Shown here: piece after piece, positions 52,523 through 64,000 of the stretch
How the letters are laid out: each line of letters opens with the position of its first letter
Numbering within the stretch: the stretch's first letter is position 1
From: Octopus sinensis
Taxonomy: Eukaryota
NCBI RefSeq assembly: GCF_006345805.1
Contig: NC_043013.1
Coordinates: 2,790,001 to 2,854,000, forward strand
Reading direction: 5' to 3'
DNA length: 64,000 bases
The notes under the pieces: generated by a model
Database searches by the model: none
What the model saw: only the letters and a program-made list of their open reading frames with translations
What the model was told of the DNA's origin: nothing
Translations under genes and position numbers: made by a program

Positions 52523-52680
52523 ATATATATATATCAATTTAATCAGATGATATGTTAACCTCGTGAAGGGATGGTTGCATCCAAAGAAATACTGGTTCAC
52601 TACCTAGTACTGTAGGGGAATGAAATTCCCTTAAAACGATAGGTATATATTAAGCATATAGTTTGTATCCAGATAAAGAA

Positions 52681-52965
52681 GTTAACAATTTTTTTATTAT
52701 TAACAAATTGGTCATATTCACTTCTTCCAGCCGTTTCAATTAGTAATACTCAATAACGTAATTCCAAATTTGTACAGAGTCTGCAGGAATGAATTGATAG
52801 GTCCACATATAACATCTCAAGGTACATCCTTTTTTTTTTGTCTTTGATGAAATTATGCTCGTGTCACATTGATACAAATTTGGAATTACATTATTGAGTA
52901 TTACTAATTGAAACGGCTGGAAGAAGTGAATATGACCAATTTGTTAATAATAAATAATTGTTAAC
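52681..52965. repeat. Inverted repeat (arms of about 93 bp) with decayed hammerhead-like motif
   Basis: 52681-52774 is the reverse complement of about 52873-52965. TCT-TTGATGA-AATTA...TAATT-GAAAC ggct GGA-AGA at 52841-52924. Confidence 0.7.
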
Positions 52966-52994
52966 TTCTCTATTTCCATTTTCTTTTCTCCTTT

Positions 52995-53069
<75 letters not shown>

Positions 53070-53126
53070 TCTATGTATATGTATGTATGTATGTATGTAT
53101 TATGTATGTATGTATGTATATATATA

Positions 53127-53168
<42 letters not shown>

Positions 53169-53996
53169 AGAGTGTACCACTCCACAAATAACACGGAAGG
53201 GCTCAATATATTGAACAAATATGAAAGATCAAGAAGGGAGAGAGGACAGATTAGTTTATCATCCTCCTAGTCCAGCCATTACATATTCAAATTGGGAATA
53301 CTATTAAAAATAAACATATATATATTTTTTTATAATCCCAATACATATAATACATATATGCTTTTTTATTATAATCTCAGGGTTATATATATATATATAT
53401 ATAACTGAAGTATTAATTAGCATTTACAAGGAAAAGTATGGTAAGCCACGCTGTATTGACATAATCGCCATATATATGAACGCAGTCTCTGAATTCTAAA
53501 ACCGAGTTGAATTGATGCTAATCCTATGGGAAGGATAATAACAATTAGAATTCACTTTTAAAATTTGAATTGTAATTAGAATGTGTAATATTCTTTCTGA
53601 AACGATAACTGGAATCATCTCCAACAATAAAATCCAAACATTCAAGATTCGATTTTCTAAATATCTACTGTAATTTGTTACCTCTGAGATAAACAAAAGA
53701 TATTTTACTGTTAGTGACAGAGGCAGTATTAATAACGAGAGGTAATATCTATCTCCACTTTAACGTGGATATTCTATTAGAGTAAATTTTAATACGGTAA
53801 TTGCCACGATATATTTTTTTTCATTGGATTTCTGATGAGATTCTATTGTTCATAAATATACATCGTATACTCTATATCCATGGTTTTGTGTCTTCTGATT
53901 GGGTAAAGTCTATGAGCAAGGTAAAAGCGTCACATCTCATTGGTCGTTACTTCGGTATTTCATACCTCTCTTTTATGTCAGAAGTGGTTATTATTG

Positions 53997-54209
53997 GTTT
54001 CAAAATTTGGCACAAGGCCTGCAATTTCGAGGGTGGAGGTAAGTCGATTACATCGACCCCAATGCTCAAATGGTTCTTATTTCATCGACCCCGAAAAGAC
54101 GAAAGGCAAAGTCGACCTCGGCGGAATTTGAACTCAGGACACAGAAACGGATGAAATGCCGATAAGCATTTTGCTCGGCATGTTAACGCTTCTGCCAGCT
54201 CGCCGCCTT
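53997..54209 (-). mobile_element. SINE family 2a, full length with TSD
   Basis: Flanks AGAAGTGGTTATTATTG / AGAAGTAATTATTATTG. Confidence 0.92.
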
Positions 54210-54846
54210 AGAAGTAATTATTATTGATAGCAAGTAACAAACGCCATGATAACTGGCGAAATTTCAGTACAGCTGTTTTCGCTGTTTAGTTTCGGCTCCC
54301 AGCTGCAGCAATTTCACTTCGCTCAACTCCACTAATTACCATGTGAAAGATATGAACGTCACAGTATTTCATCTCCCTTTTCCTAAAAATTTCAGTGTCT
54401 CAGCTCAAAGTCATAGGGTCTCTTATGAGCCATTTATAGAACAATGCAACAAAAGACGCATGCGCACTAATAGCCACTATTAGCAAAGGTACAGAGAAAT
54501 GGAGCATCAGCGACAACAGCTGCTGACCGTAACAGCACCCGGCCGGACAGATGTTGTCATTAAATACTACACTACTGACTGACCATAAATAAAGAAATGA
54601 ATCTACGGACATTTACTGACCTTTTTACATCTGCACCACTGTCCTTATCGAGGAGTCACTGCTGTCGCTGCGACACATCCACCCGCCGCCTCGAGATGTC
54701 AGCTTTTGGCTGTGTTGTATATATTTATACCTAAACATTGTTCAGTTATCGTGTCCACCACAAGAGGGTGGCTGCTGCAATGGATATGTCACACACACAC
54801 ACAACACACACACACACACACACACAAGCACGCACTCACGCGCGCG

Positions 54847-54882
<36 letters not shown>

Positions 54883-54920
54883 ACACACACACACAACACA
54901 AGCACGCACTCACGCGCGCG

Positions 54921-54966
<46 letters not shown>

Positions 54967-54981
54967 CACACACACACCACA

Positions 54982-55033
<52 letters not shown>

Positions 55034-55394
55034 GCACGCCCGCACTCATGGTACAAGCAGCTTATCCAGCCAGCACTGGGTGTCACAGTTGCCGGTACGG
55101 CAGAGCTGCTGACTTTATCACACGTAAATTACATTATAACTCAACGAACCACATACGACTCCGCTGTCCAACGACCGCTAAAGTTCACCACAGCAAAGAC
55201 AAAGCCATATTTACGCGCTCCCCTTCTTAATTTGCAACACTCTACACTCTACTAGTATCATTAAATTTTATTCTGTAATGTTACAGTTTATAGCATCGAT
55301 TTCAGTATATCCTGTATGATTTCAGTATATTTTATAGTCAACGTTGTTCTTTGTTTAGCCTTAGTCCTCATTTTGTCTTTCTTTTTTTTCTTCT

Positions 55395-55704
55395 TTTGTT
55401 TCACTGTCGCCATGCTGGGGCACCGGCTTGAAGAATTTTTAATCAAATGAGTTGACCCCCTCAGTACTTATTTGTCATTTTCAACCAAGTAAGATGGACT
55501 TATAACGTCTTTACTGCTTTACCAACTCTATCAACGATAAAATAACAATTCAACAAAAGGGAACATCGTGTGGATGCAAGAAATAGTAACTCATTCTATT
55601 GGTGTCATTTGCTGAACCGCTAAGTCACAGAGGCATAAACACACTAACAACGGTTATCAAGCGGAACAAACAAACACACACATACATACACAACACACAC
55701 ACCA

Positions 55705-55745
<41 letters not shown>

Positions 55746-55750
55746 TACAC
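55395..55750 (-). mobile_element. SINE family 1, 3' half, interrupted by an inverted copy of 57854-57977
   Basis: GCCATGCTGGGCACC...AGTACTTA|insert|ATTCTATTGG...GAACCGCTAAG. Confidence 0.8.
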
Positions 55751-55757
55751 ACATCTT

Positions 55758-56890
55758 TATGACCTCCCATAGAACCCCAGATCAGCTGAACTAGCATACC
55801 TCAAAGAAGAATTGGAGGTGAAACGTTCAGTATACCAAAAGAAGACCATGCATGGGTATGTTTCCCGTAGACTTGAATAAGATATTAAGATTGATATGAA
55901 GCGAAGCCTCTCTTGGGCTCGTAACCGCTACATAGCATCACACTTCGAAGATTATACATTTGCAATCCAAAAACAGGAAATTATCACTAAATGCCTAATC
56001 AACAAAAGAGACAGTGAAGTCCGTAAATGTAGCCCTTAAAGGCAACCGTAAATGTAGATTGTGTCATATTTCTTTGGAAGACATCCTACATGTGATTTTC
56101 AACTGCCCAAAAATGTCAAGGTACTGCCTCCATGTGCGACATGACATTGTCAGAAATGTCTCTCCTAGTCTCTCCTAGAATAAATATAGAGAATCTCCCT
56201 ACACAAATATCAGCATAAAGAATAGCGGTGGAACATTCTCCTCAAAACATCTGTCAAGTGTAAAGCATAACAGGCCGGATATTGTTGTTTGGAACGGACT
56301 AGACAATGTATGTACCGTCGTAGAGGTCAGCTGTCCTGCTGATGTGAATATCTCTGAAAAGCAAAGAGAAAGAAAATGACTATGGGTAATTGCTTCGAAA
56401 CCTCCAGCATCTGTATCCGGATTACAAATTTACATTTTACGGAGATGTACTTGCATAGCAAGTGATTTGATCTGAGATCGTGTGCTGAAACGAAAACAAT
56501 TGCAGCGTGAAAGGTGTTTGTAAGCCATTTAAGAAACACACAAAAGCCGTTCGATTCACTTCAACATTTAAGTTTAATTTGTCAAAATATTTTCGTCGCT
56601 TTAAGACCGCGACCTGTTCCCTGACAAAAATCCGTGCTGCATCTCTTTACATTTATACCAATGATAATTGGAGCACTTGGTTTGGTAACTCACTGTCGGT
56701 CTGGATTTCAGATAAAGAAATCAACCAACTGATTCGCACATTACAAATACAATTTGTAAGTGGAGCAGTAAAACTTTTCTCAGGTTTAAAATGTGACATT
56801 TTTTTCGTTATCTACATTCCAAAGATTGACCTTTGTATCTTTGTTAGAAACCAGCTCCTTCTTCAGAGGAAGAACTTAAATATTTAAATG
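55758..56890 (+). mobile_element. RLE-type non-LTR retrotransposon 3' portion (zinc knuckle plus endonuclease), decayed
   Basis: FAIQKQEI, CRLCHISLEDILHVIFNCP (CCHC), RHD, NRPDIVVW..VVEVSCPAD, IPMIIGALG. Confidence 0.87.
56438..56645 (-). mobile_element. Penelope-like family B monomer inserted with 9-bp TSD
   Basis: TTTACATTT at 56429-56437 and 56646-56654; interrupts the RLE frame at YKFTF|IPMIIGALG. Confidence 0.82.
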
Positions 56891-57148
56891 ATTAAATACA
56901 GAAGAGACATACACACACACATACATACATACACACATACATACATACATACATACATACATACATACATACATACATTCATGCATACATGCATGCATGC
57001 ATGCATGCATGCATGCATACATACATACATACATACATACATAATACATACATACATACATACATACATACACACACACCTATATACATACATATACGCA
57101 CATACATATATAAACATATATGTATATATACATGTATATTAGACAAAA

Positions 57149-57520
57149 GCCTCCAGGACATTTATAAGGAAAAAGATATAGATATAGTCTTACAACTGTT
57201 TCTGGTATATTATGGATATCTCTTCATCTCACATCGTCTCTGATGAGGGGATATCCATAATATCCCAGAAACAACTGTAAGACTATATCTATATCTTTTT
57301 CCTGATAAATGTCCTGGAAACTCTTCATGGCCTTAACTTTGTTATCTCATTTTGTCTAATGTATATATACATGCTAATACAAGACCCACATTAGATTCCT
57401 CACTCGTATCATTATCGAACCAAGAATTTAACTACGGTCTGTCCATAGCACTTACTTAGCATTACCTGCCCGTATTTGAGTCTTCTAGATACCAATACTT
57501 CTCATATATATATATATATA
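57149..57520. mobile_element. Penelope-like inverted-repeat element with canonical hammerhead
   Basis: About 57149-57228 is the reverse complement of about 57242-57318. Confidence 0.75.
57233..57286 (+). ncRNA. Type I hammerhead ribozyme (canonical core)
   Basis: GTCT-CTGATGA-gGGGATAT ccata ATATCCCa-GAAAC aact GTA-AGAC. Confidence 0.78.
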
Positions 57521-57573
57521 TATACATACATACACACACACACATATATGTGTGTATGTGTGTCTATGTATAC

Positions 57574-57718
57574 GACGGCTTCTTTCAGTTTCCGTCTACC
57601 AAATCCACTCACAAGGCTTTGGTCAACCTGAGGCTATAGTAGAAGACATTTGTCTAAGTTGCGATGCAGTGGGACTCAAGCCGGAACCATATGGTTGGGA
57701 CGCAAGCTTCTTACCACG
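57574..57718 (-). mobile_element. SINE family 1, 5' half
   Basis: GGCTTCTTTCAGTTTCCGTCTACCAAATCCACTCACAAGG...CTTACCAC. Confidence 0.88.
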
Positions 57719-58881
57719 TAAGAAAATTTTGGGGGCTATGATGAAAATTTTGGGGGCTATGACCGCCTCATCCTTTTTTTCAGATATTGTATATCTACGA
57801 CTCTTTTTATCAAAAATGTTTTTTCTATTTGACTGATGATCTGAGAGGGTTGTAGTTACTATTTCTTGCAGCCACACAATGTCCCCTTTGTTGAATTGTT
57901 ATTTTTTTTCGTTGATAGAGTTGGTAAAGCAGTAAAGACGTTATAAGTCCATCTTACTTGGTTGAAAATGACAAATACGATTGGACAGAGATTAACAATC
58001 AGAGTTGTAGAATGGCAACACTTCTTACTAATCACTATTTTCTATGGCATTCTACTTCTTCGGTCAAAATTAGCTTTTATCATCAAACCACTGGTAGAAA
58101 TAATTGTTGCTGTTGTTGTTGTTGCTGCTGCTACTGCTGTTGGTGTTGTGTTTTTGCTGATCGAGCAGACCTATGACGTAACACACTTCTGCTGTGACCA
58201 TCTCGAGTTAATTTTCTTCAAGCATAAGAAATGCATCAAGAAATGCATTATCCAATGTACCCTGTAGATTTTTTTAAGGCTGTGATATAAGGAATATTTG
58301 GCTGTTATTTCTAGCATATGGAGAAAATGTCCTTTTATTGTCAGACACGAATTTCAAGTGTATAAGTACTTGAGTACTTAAAAGAACACATCTGTTAAAA
58401 ATAACGAGTCTTTGATTTTATACACTCTTAGGTATGTAATTAATATTAAATTACTGTTTGGGACAGAGCTTAAACCGGTTTCTCTGCTTTCTTCCTTTAT
58501 TTTCACATGCGGCTTCAGTGATTTCGTCAGAGGACAGTTTCAAATATCAATGCAGAGGTAATTTCGTTTGTGCGCGATGGTTTCACCTTCTCTTACGTAA
58601 AGGCTTCATTGGGGAAGTTGTTTATCATTCAGCTGGTTAAACACTGTATCGTTTTACCGTCTTCCTTTAAACGTCCGATATATTTTCTTGCTGAGTAAAA
58701 TGAAGATTCTGAAAACAGTTTATGGTTAATCTGAAGGATAAGATGTCCTGTTGGAATATATTTTAATCTCCTCAGATTAAAGTTGGATTCTCTGCCTTTC
58801 AGTCACAGTGAACCTTCTTACTCTTGCGACTAAGGTCCAATGAAAAGTACAGAGGTTTCTATATCAAGTGCTGGTATATTA

Positions 58882-59438
58882 GTTTTAAATTTTGGCACAA
58901 GACCTGCTAATTTGAAGGAAGGAGCTAATCGATTGAATCAATCTCAGTAATCAACTGGCACTTAATTTATCGACCTCGAAGGAGGAAAAGCAAAGTCGAC
59001 CTCGGCGGAATTCGAACTCAGAAAGTTAAGACCGACAAAATGCTGCTAAGTATTTTCTCCGGTGTGTTAACGGTCCTTATTTCTTTATTGCCCACAAGGG
59101 GCTAAATGTAGAGGGGACAAACAGAGGACAGACAGAGGGATTAAGTCGATTACATCGACCTCGGTGGAATTTGAACTCAGAACGGAACGGCAGATGAAAT
59201 GCCTATTTCTTTACTACCCACAAGGGGCTTAAACACAGAGGGAACAAACAAGGACAGACAAACGGATTAAGTCGATTACATCGACCCCAGTGCGTAACTG
59301 CTACTTAATTTATCGACCTCGAAAGGATGAAAGGCAAAGTTGACCTCGGCGGAATTTGAACTCAGAACGTGACGGCAGACGAAATACCGCTAAGCATTTC
59401 GCCTGGCGTGCTAACGCTTCTGCCAGCTCGCCGCCTTA
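58882..59438 (-). mobile_element. Composite SINE family 2 multimer (2b, partial 2b, 2a)
   Basis: Three body segments and one head at about 59437; outer flanks CAAGTGCTGGTATATTA / CAAGTGCTAATATATTA. Confidence 0.88.
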
Positions 59439-59689
59439 ACAAGTGCTAATATATTACATGTATCGTGATAGCTTAGTAGGTAAGTATATTCAATAGCTAC
59501 ATGGTGAATTTCCAACCATGTGGTTTCCGGTTCAGTGCTATGGAGTAGCAACTTGGGCGAACGTCGATTTGTTCAATTAGACTCGTCGAGGCAGCGCCAG
59601 AGCAACGCTGCAATACAATAAGTAAAACAAGTACAAGACAAACGACGCCACCTGCAGGATAAATCTGATTCAGTTATTGTTAAGATCGT

Positions 59690-60066
59690 TTGCTTGTTTC
59701 AGCCATTAGACTGCGGCCATGCTGGAGCACTGCCTCGAAGAATTTCTTGTCGAATGAATCGACTCAAATACCCTTTTTAAAGCCTGGTACTTATTTCATC
59801 GGTCTCTTTCTGCCGAACCGCTGATTTACGGGGACGTAAACACACTGATAAAGGACAAACACAGACACAAAGACACAATCACATACCACCCACGTACGCA
59901 CGCTCACACACACACACACACACATGACAGGCTTCTTTCAGTTTCTGTCTACCAAATTCACTCACAAGCTCTTAGTCGGCCTGAGGCTGTAACAGAAGAC
60001 ACTTGCCCAAGATGTCACGCAATGGGATTGAGCCCGGAACCATGTGGTTGGGAAGCAAGCCTCTTA
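59690..60066 (-). mobile_element. SINE family 1
   Basis: CTTGTTTCAGCCATTAGACTGCGGCCATGCTGGAGC...CATGTGGTTGGGAAGCAAGC. Confidence 0.9.
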
Positions 60067-60069
60067 TAT

Positions 60070-60455
60070 ACCCACCCTTGTGTCTATGACAGTGAGCTAT
60101 GTCATAAAGAATGTTGAAAAGAAATATTACTTATTCAGGACAAGATACTGTGATAGCCTAGGCTTCCGAGGCCCACAGCTCTTCAATATCCTCCTGAAGA
60201 ACCTAAGAGACCTGCATGGGGTGGATGCAGATGTCTTTAAAATGAAACTGGATCTTTTCTTGTCAGGTGTCCCAGATGAACCAACTTCATGGCAGGAGGT
60301 GCAGATGAGGGCAGCTGCATCGAACTCTCTCATGCACCAAATGGCAGTTGCTAAAAAGCTTTCGTGAAGTAAAACCATGTAGCAACACCAAAATGGCGGT
60401 GCCCCAGCATGGCCACAGCTCGTGAGCTGAAACTAGAATCAATCAATCAATCAAT
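60070..60455 (+). mobile_element. 3' end of a second CR1-group LINE family
   Basis: SLGFRGPQLFNIL.KNLRDL..FKMKLDLFLSGVPDEP..RAAASNSL; 3' UTR ends CTGAAACTAG(AATC)n. Confidence 0.85.
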
Positions 60456-61126
60456 GCTTTTTTTCCTTTTCGGCTGGTAAGGACGAAACGCAATGTCAGA
60501 CACGTTTTGGTCTTATTTGAGGGACCTTCTCAGGGAAGCATAGCCTGTTCCGTGCTTAACAAAATAGTAAGGAGAGAAACATCAAATAATTGAAGAATAA
60601 TCTCCACTGTAATTAAAAAAAAAATTCAAAGAATAAATTATTCTTAGACATATGAAACAAGAATAATTAAAACTTAGTGTTCGCATATTTAATTAGATCG
60701 TATCTAAAAGCTTATTAGAAGTAAAAATGATGTCTTATAAGTAAAATTTATACAAATGTTCACGAACTTAAGTATGTGGAGACCGATAATACCACGAAAA
60801 AGAATTATTGGGTATAGAAGTATATGTGTATATGATGCGTTTCTGTGAATATATGTGAGGGCATGCGCGCGCATACTTACATACTGACTTGTAGACAAGC
60901 ATACATACATGCTAGCATGTATGCATCTACGTCAGCACTCCCCACACACATATGTATGTATGCGTATATGTATATGTGTTTGTGTGTGTATGTGTATGTT
61001 TGTGTGTGTGTGTGTATATATATATATACATGTATGTATATATGTCTACACACACACAAACATATATATATATACCCACACACATACATACATACATACA
61101 TACATACATACATGCATACGTATATA

Positions 61127-61157
<31 letters not shown>

Positions 61158-61366
61158 GTGTATGTATGTATGGATGTATGTATGTATGTATGTATGTATG
61201 TATGTATGTATGCATATCCTCAGAGTCACGAGGTGATTAAATAGGAGTTGATAACTCCCGGAGGGGTTCAATTCTTTCAGTCGTATAGAGAGAGCAGATT
61301 CGGTTCACTTATATCTACTGCTCTATACCCGTCTACTTTTACAGACGTATACACACACACACAAAC

Positions 61367-61431
<65 letters not shown>

Positions 61432-61512
61432 TATATATTCATATATAATATATGTATGTATTTATATATACATATATTATACATATATACATACATATAC
61501 ATATATACATAC

Positions 61513-61563
<51 letters not shown>

Positions 61564-61571
61564 TATAATAT

Positions 61572-61648
<77 letters not shown>

Positions 61649-61893
61649 TACAATAAGATAATTGCACCTCATAATAAAAAAACAATATCAGTCATAAGTA
61701 CAATCATCATGACCACCACCACCACCATTATCATCATCATCATCATCATCGTCGTCGTCGTCGTCACCAGCTTCACCACTCCGCTCCACCATCCCCCTCC
61801 ACCGCCAAGTAATTCATGAATCGCAAGTTCAATGCAGGGTGTCCAATTATCAATATCCTGACTCAGCAGATAAGGCCAAGCTGCTGTGCGGTG

Positions 61894-61910
61894 GTGCCAC
61901 CTAGTGGTGG
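61894..61910 (-). promoter_or_regulatory. Candidate CTCF binding motif
   Basis: Minus strand CCACTAGGTGGCAC fits CCASYAGRKGGCRS, in non-repeat sequence; motif match only. Confidence 0.35.
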
Positions 61911-62132
61911 CATTGTTAATCAAGTGATGTGATAGTGATATGGCAGTGTGTGTGTGTGTGTGTGTTGGTGGTGGTTTTAGTGGTGGGGGGGGGTCCGGAG
62001 GTGGTGTGTTGTTGTGGTGGGGTAGTTAAACCTGTTGATAGTCCTCGGGTGGATGCAGCCATCATTTGCTGAAGGAGTGGATATATGTGTGTGTATGCGT
62101 GTGTGTAGTAGCAGTAGTAACAGCAGCAGCAA

Positions 62133-62180
<48 letters not shown>

Positions 62181-62289
62181 GTGGTGGTGGTGGTGGTGGT
62201 TGCGGTGGCAGTGGTTGTAGTAGTGGAGGTCATGTTGGTAGTCGTAACAGTATGAAGAAGAACGTGAACACTGAAAGCGACTACAAAAT

Positions 62290-62290
62290 T

Positions 62291-62354
<64 letters not shown>

Positions 62355-62384
62355 GACTGGTAGAGTGATAGATATTATATATAT

Positions 62385-62418
<34 letters not shown>

Positions 62419-62889
62419 TGAGACAGATTGATAGATAGTAGTAGAGATAGATAGATAGATATAGATAGATAGATAGATTGATAGATAGATAGATAGATGG
62501 ATAGATAGATAGATATGGATAGATAGATAGATAGATGATAGATAGATAGATAGATATGGATAGATAGACATAGATGGAAGATAGAGAGATAGAGAGATAG
62601 ACATAGACAGTCAGAAGACAGACAGACAGACAGATACATACATACATAGAACGGTGGACAAGCAGGTAAATACAGAAATAATACTGATAAATAAGGAGAC
62701 AGGAAGATAGCAAAAATATATGGAGTGCTTCCATGTACAGATACGGAGAAAAAAGCACACACATACACACACTCGGAGAGAGAGAGAGAGAGAGAGAGGC
62801 ATACATATATAGACGCTCAAAGTACATACGTATGCATACACACACATACTTTGTGTGATATTTGTGTGTGTGTGTGTGTGTGTGTGTGT

Positions 62890-62920
<31 letters not shown>

Positions 62921-63041
62921 GTGTGTGTGTTTGTGGTGTGTGTGTGTTTGTGTGTGTGTGTGTGTTTGTGTGTGTGTTTGTGTGTGTGTGTGTGTTTGTG
63001 GTGTGTGTGTGTGTGGTGTGGTGGTGTTGTGTGTGTTTGTG

Positions 63042-63073
<32 letters not shown>

Positions 63074-63175
63074 GTGGGTGTGTGGTTTGTGTGTATGTGG
63101 TGTGTGGTGTTTTGTGTGTGTTTGTGTGTGTGTGTGTGTGTTGGTTTGTGTGTTTGTTGGTGTGTTGTGTGTTTG

Positions 63176-63215
<40 letters not shown>

Positions 63216-63287
63216 CGTGTGTGTGTGGTGTGTATGGTGTGTGTTGTGTGTTTGTGGTGTTGGTGTATGTGTGTGTGTGGTGTTTGT

Positions 63288-63335
<48 letters not shown>
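62290..63335. repeat. (GA)n, (GATA)n and long degenerate (GT)n arrays
   Basis: Directly visible. Confidence 0.95.
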
Positions 63336-63337
<2 letters not shown>

Positions 63338-63854
63338 AGGCATACACGCTATAAAGAGATAGAGCTAACGGAACGACCAGCCATATACAGACAGACAGTG
63401 AGACAGGCAGACAGAGGTGTTGGGTGGAGCGGTGATGCGTGATTATACAAGTTAAGTATAGAAAATCTGGCAACTGTTGACAAGACATGCAGTAAAAGTA
63501 CACCTAGCATATTAACGTCGGAAGTGAAGTATACATGTGAAGTGTACAATGTACAATGGCGTTGGTGTCGACGGCGGCAGCGTCGGCGGCGGCGGGTTGT
63601 AGCGGCGGTTTGACGTGTATCTGGGTTGTGGGACGACTCTCTATTGCTAAAACAATAAACATCGACTGACATTAGTGGTCCTGGGAGATATTATGTATAA
63701 GAAAAACAAGCGAACGGGTGGCAGGGTGGCAGTGTGGGAAAGAAGACCAAATAACAAAGAAACAAAAGAAAAAATAAGAAAAGAAAAAGAAAACGAATTG
63801 AGGAAAAGAAACAAAAAAATATACCTTTTTGGGTGGAAGTTATATCGATGGTGA

Positions 63855-63888
<34 letters not shown>

Positions 63889-64000
63889 TGGTAATGGTGG
63901 AGAGGTGTAGGATCGGGTGGTGGCTTGTTGTATTGACATGTACATATCGGAGCTCGGTTTCTCGTGAGTTAGAAACGATAGAATAAGGGGCGTGTAACAC

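Noticed and set aside
53496-53700. Possible minus-strand exon after TTTTGTTTATCTCAG
   Set aside because: Two frames stop early and the open one has no recognisable similarity.
57722-57764. 21-bp tandem duplication GAAAATTTTGGGGGCTATGA
   Set aside because: Ordinary short slippage duplication.
59645-59660. Second CTCF-like motif (CCTGCAGGTGGCG on minus strand)
   Set aside because: Weaker match between decayed SINEs; could be chance.

Overview
This is AT-rich eukaryotic DNA, intronic or intergenic, and saturated with microsatellites. The SINE families and the repeat landscape resemble an Octopus (cephalopod) genome; this is inferred from recall, not from a search. I found no intact protein-coding gene, rRNA, true tRNA or CRISPR array, and nearly all listed ORFs are translations of simple repeats. 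The window holds decayed transposons: two abundant tRNA-derived SINE families; CR1-, RTE-, RLE(R4/Dong-like)- and Penelope-type retroelement fragments; four Tc1/mariner copies; three hAT-type MITEs; a foldback element; Helitron remnants; and a 100-N gap. The most interesting signal is a set of short Penelope-like repeats, often inverted, that carry type I hammerhead-ribozyme motifs. Two have canonical cores. Two multi-copy families have unusual minimal cores (a G3-C8 swap, or U6, each with an extra base before helix II and a palindromic helix III). Other notable features are SINE multimers bounded by a single target-site duplication (TSD), SINE tails that match LINE 3' ends in the same window, elements associated with specific microsatellites, and several local inverted duplications.
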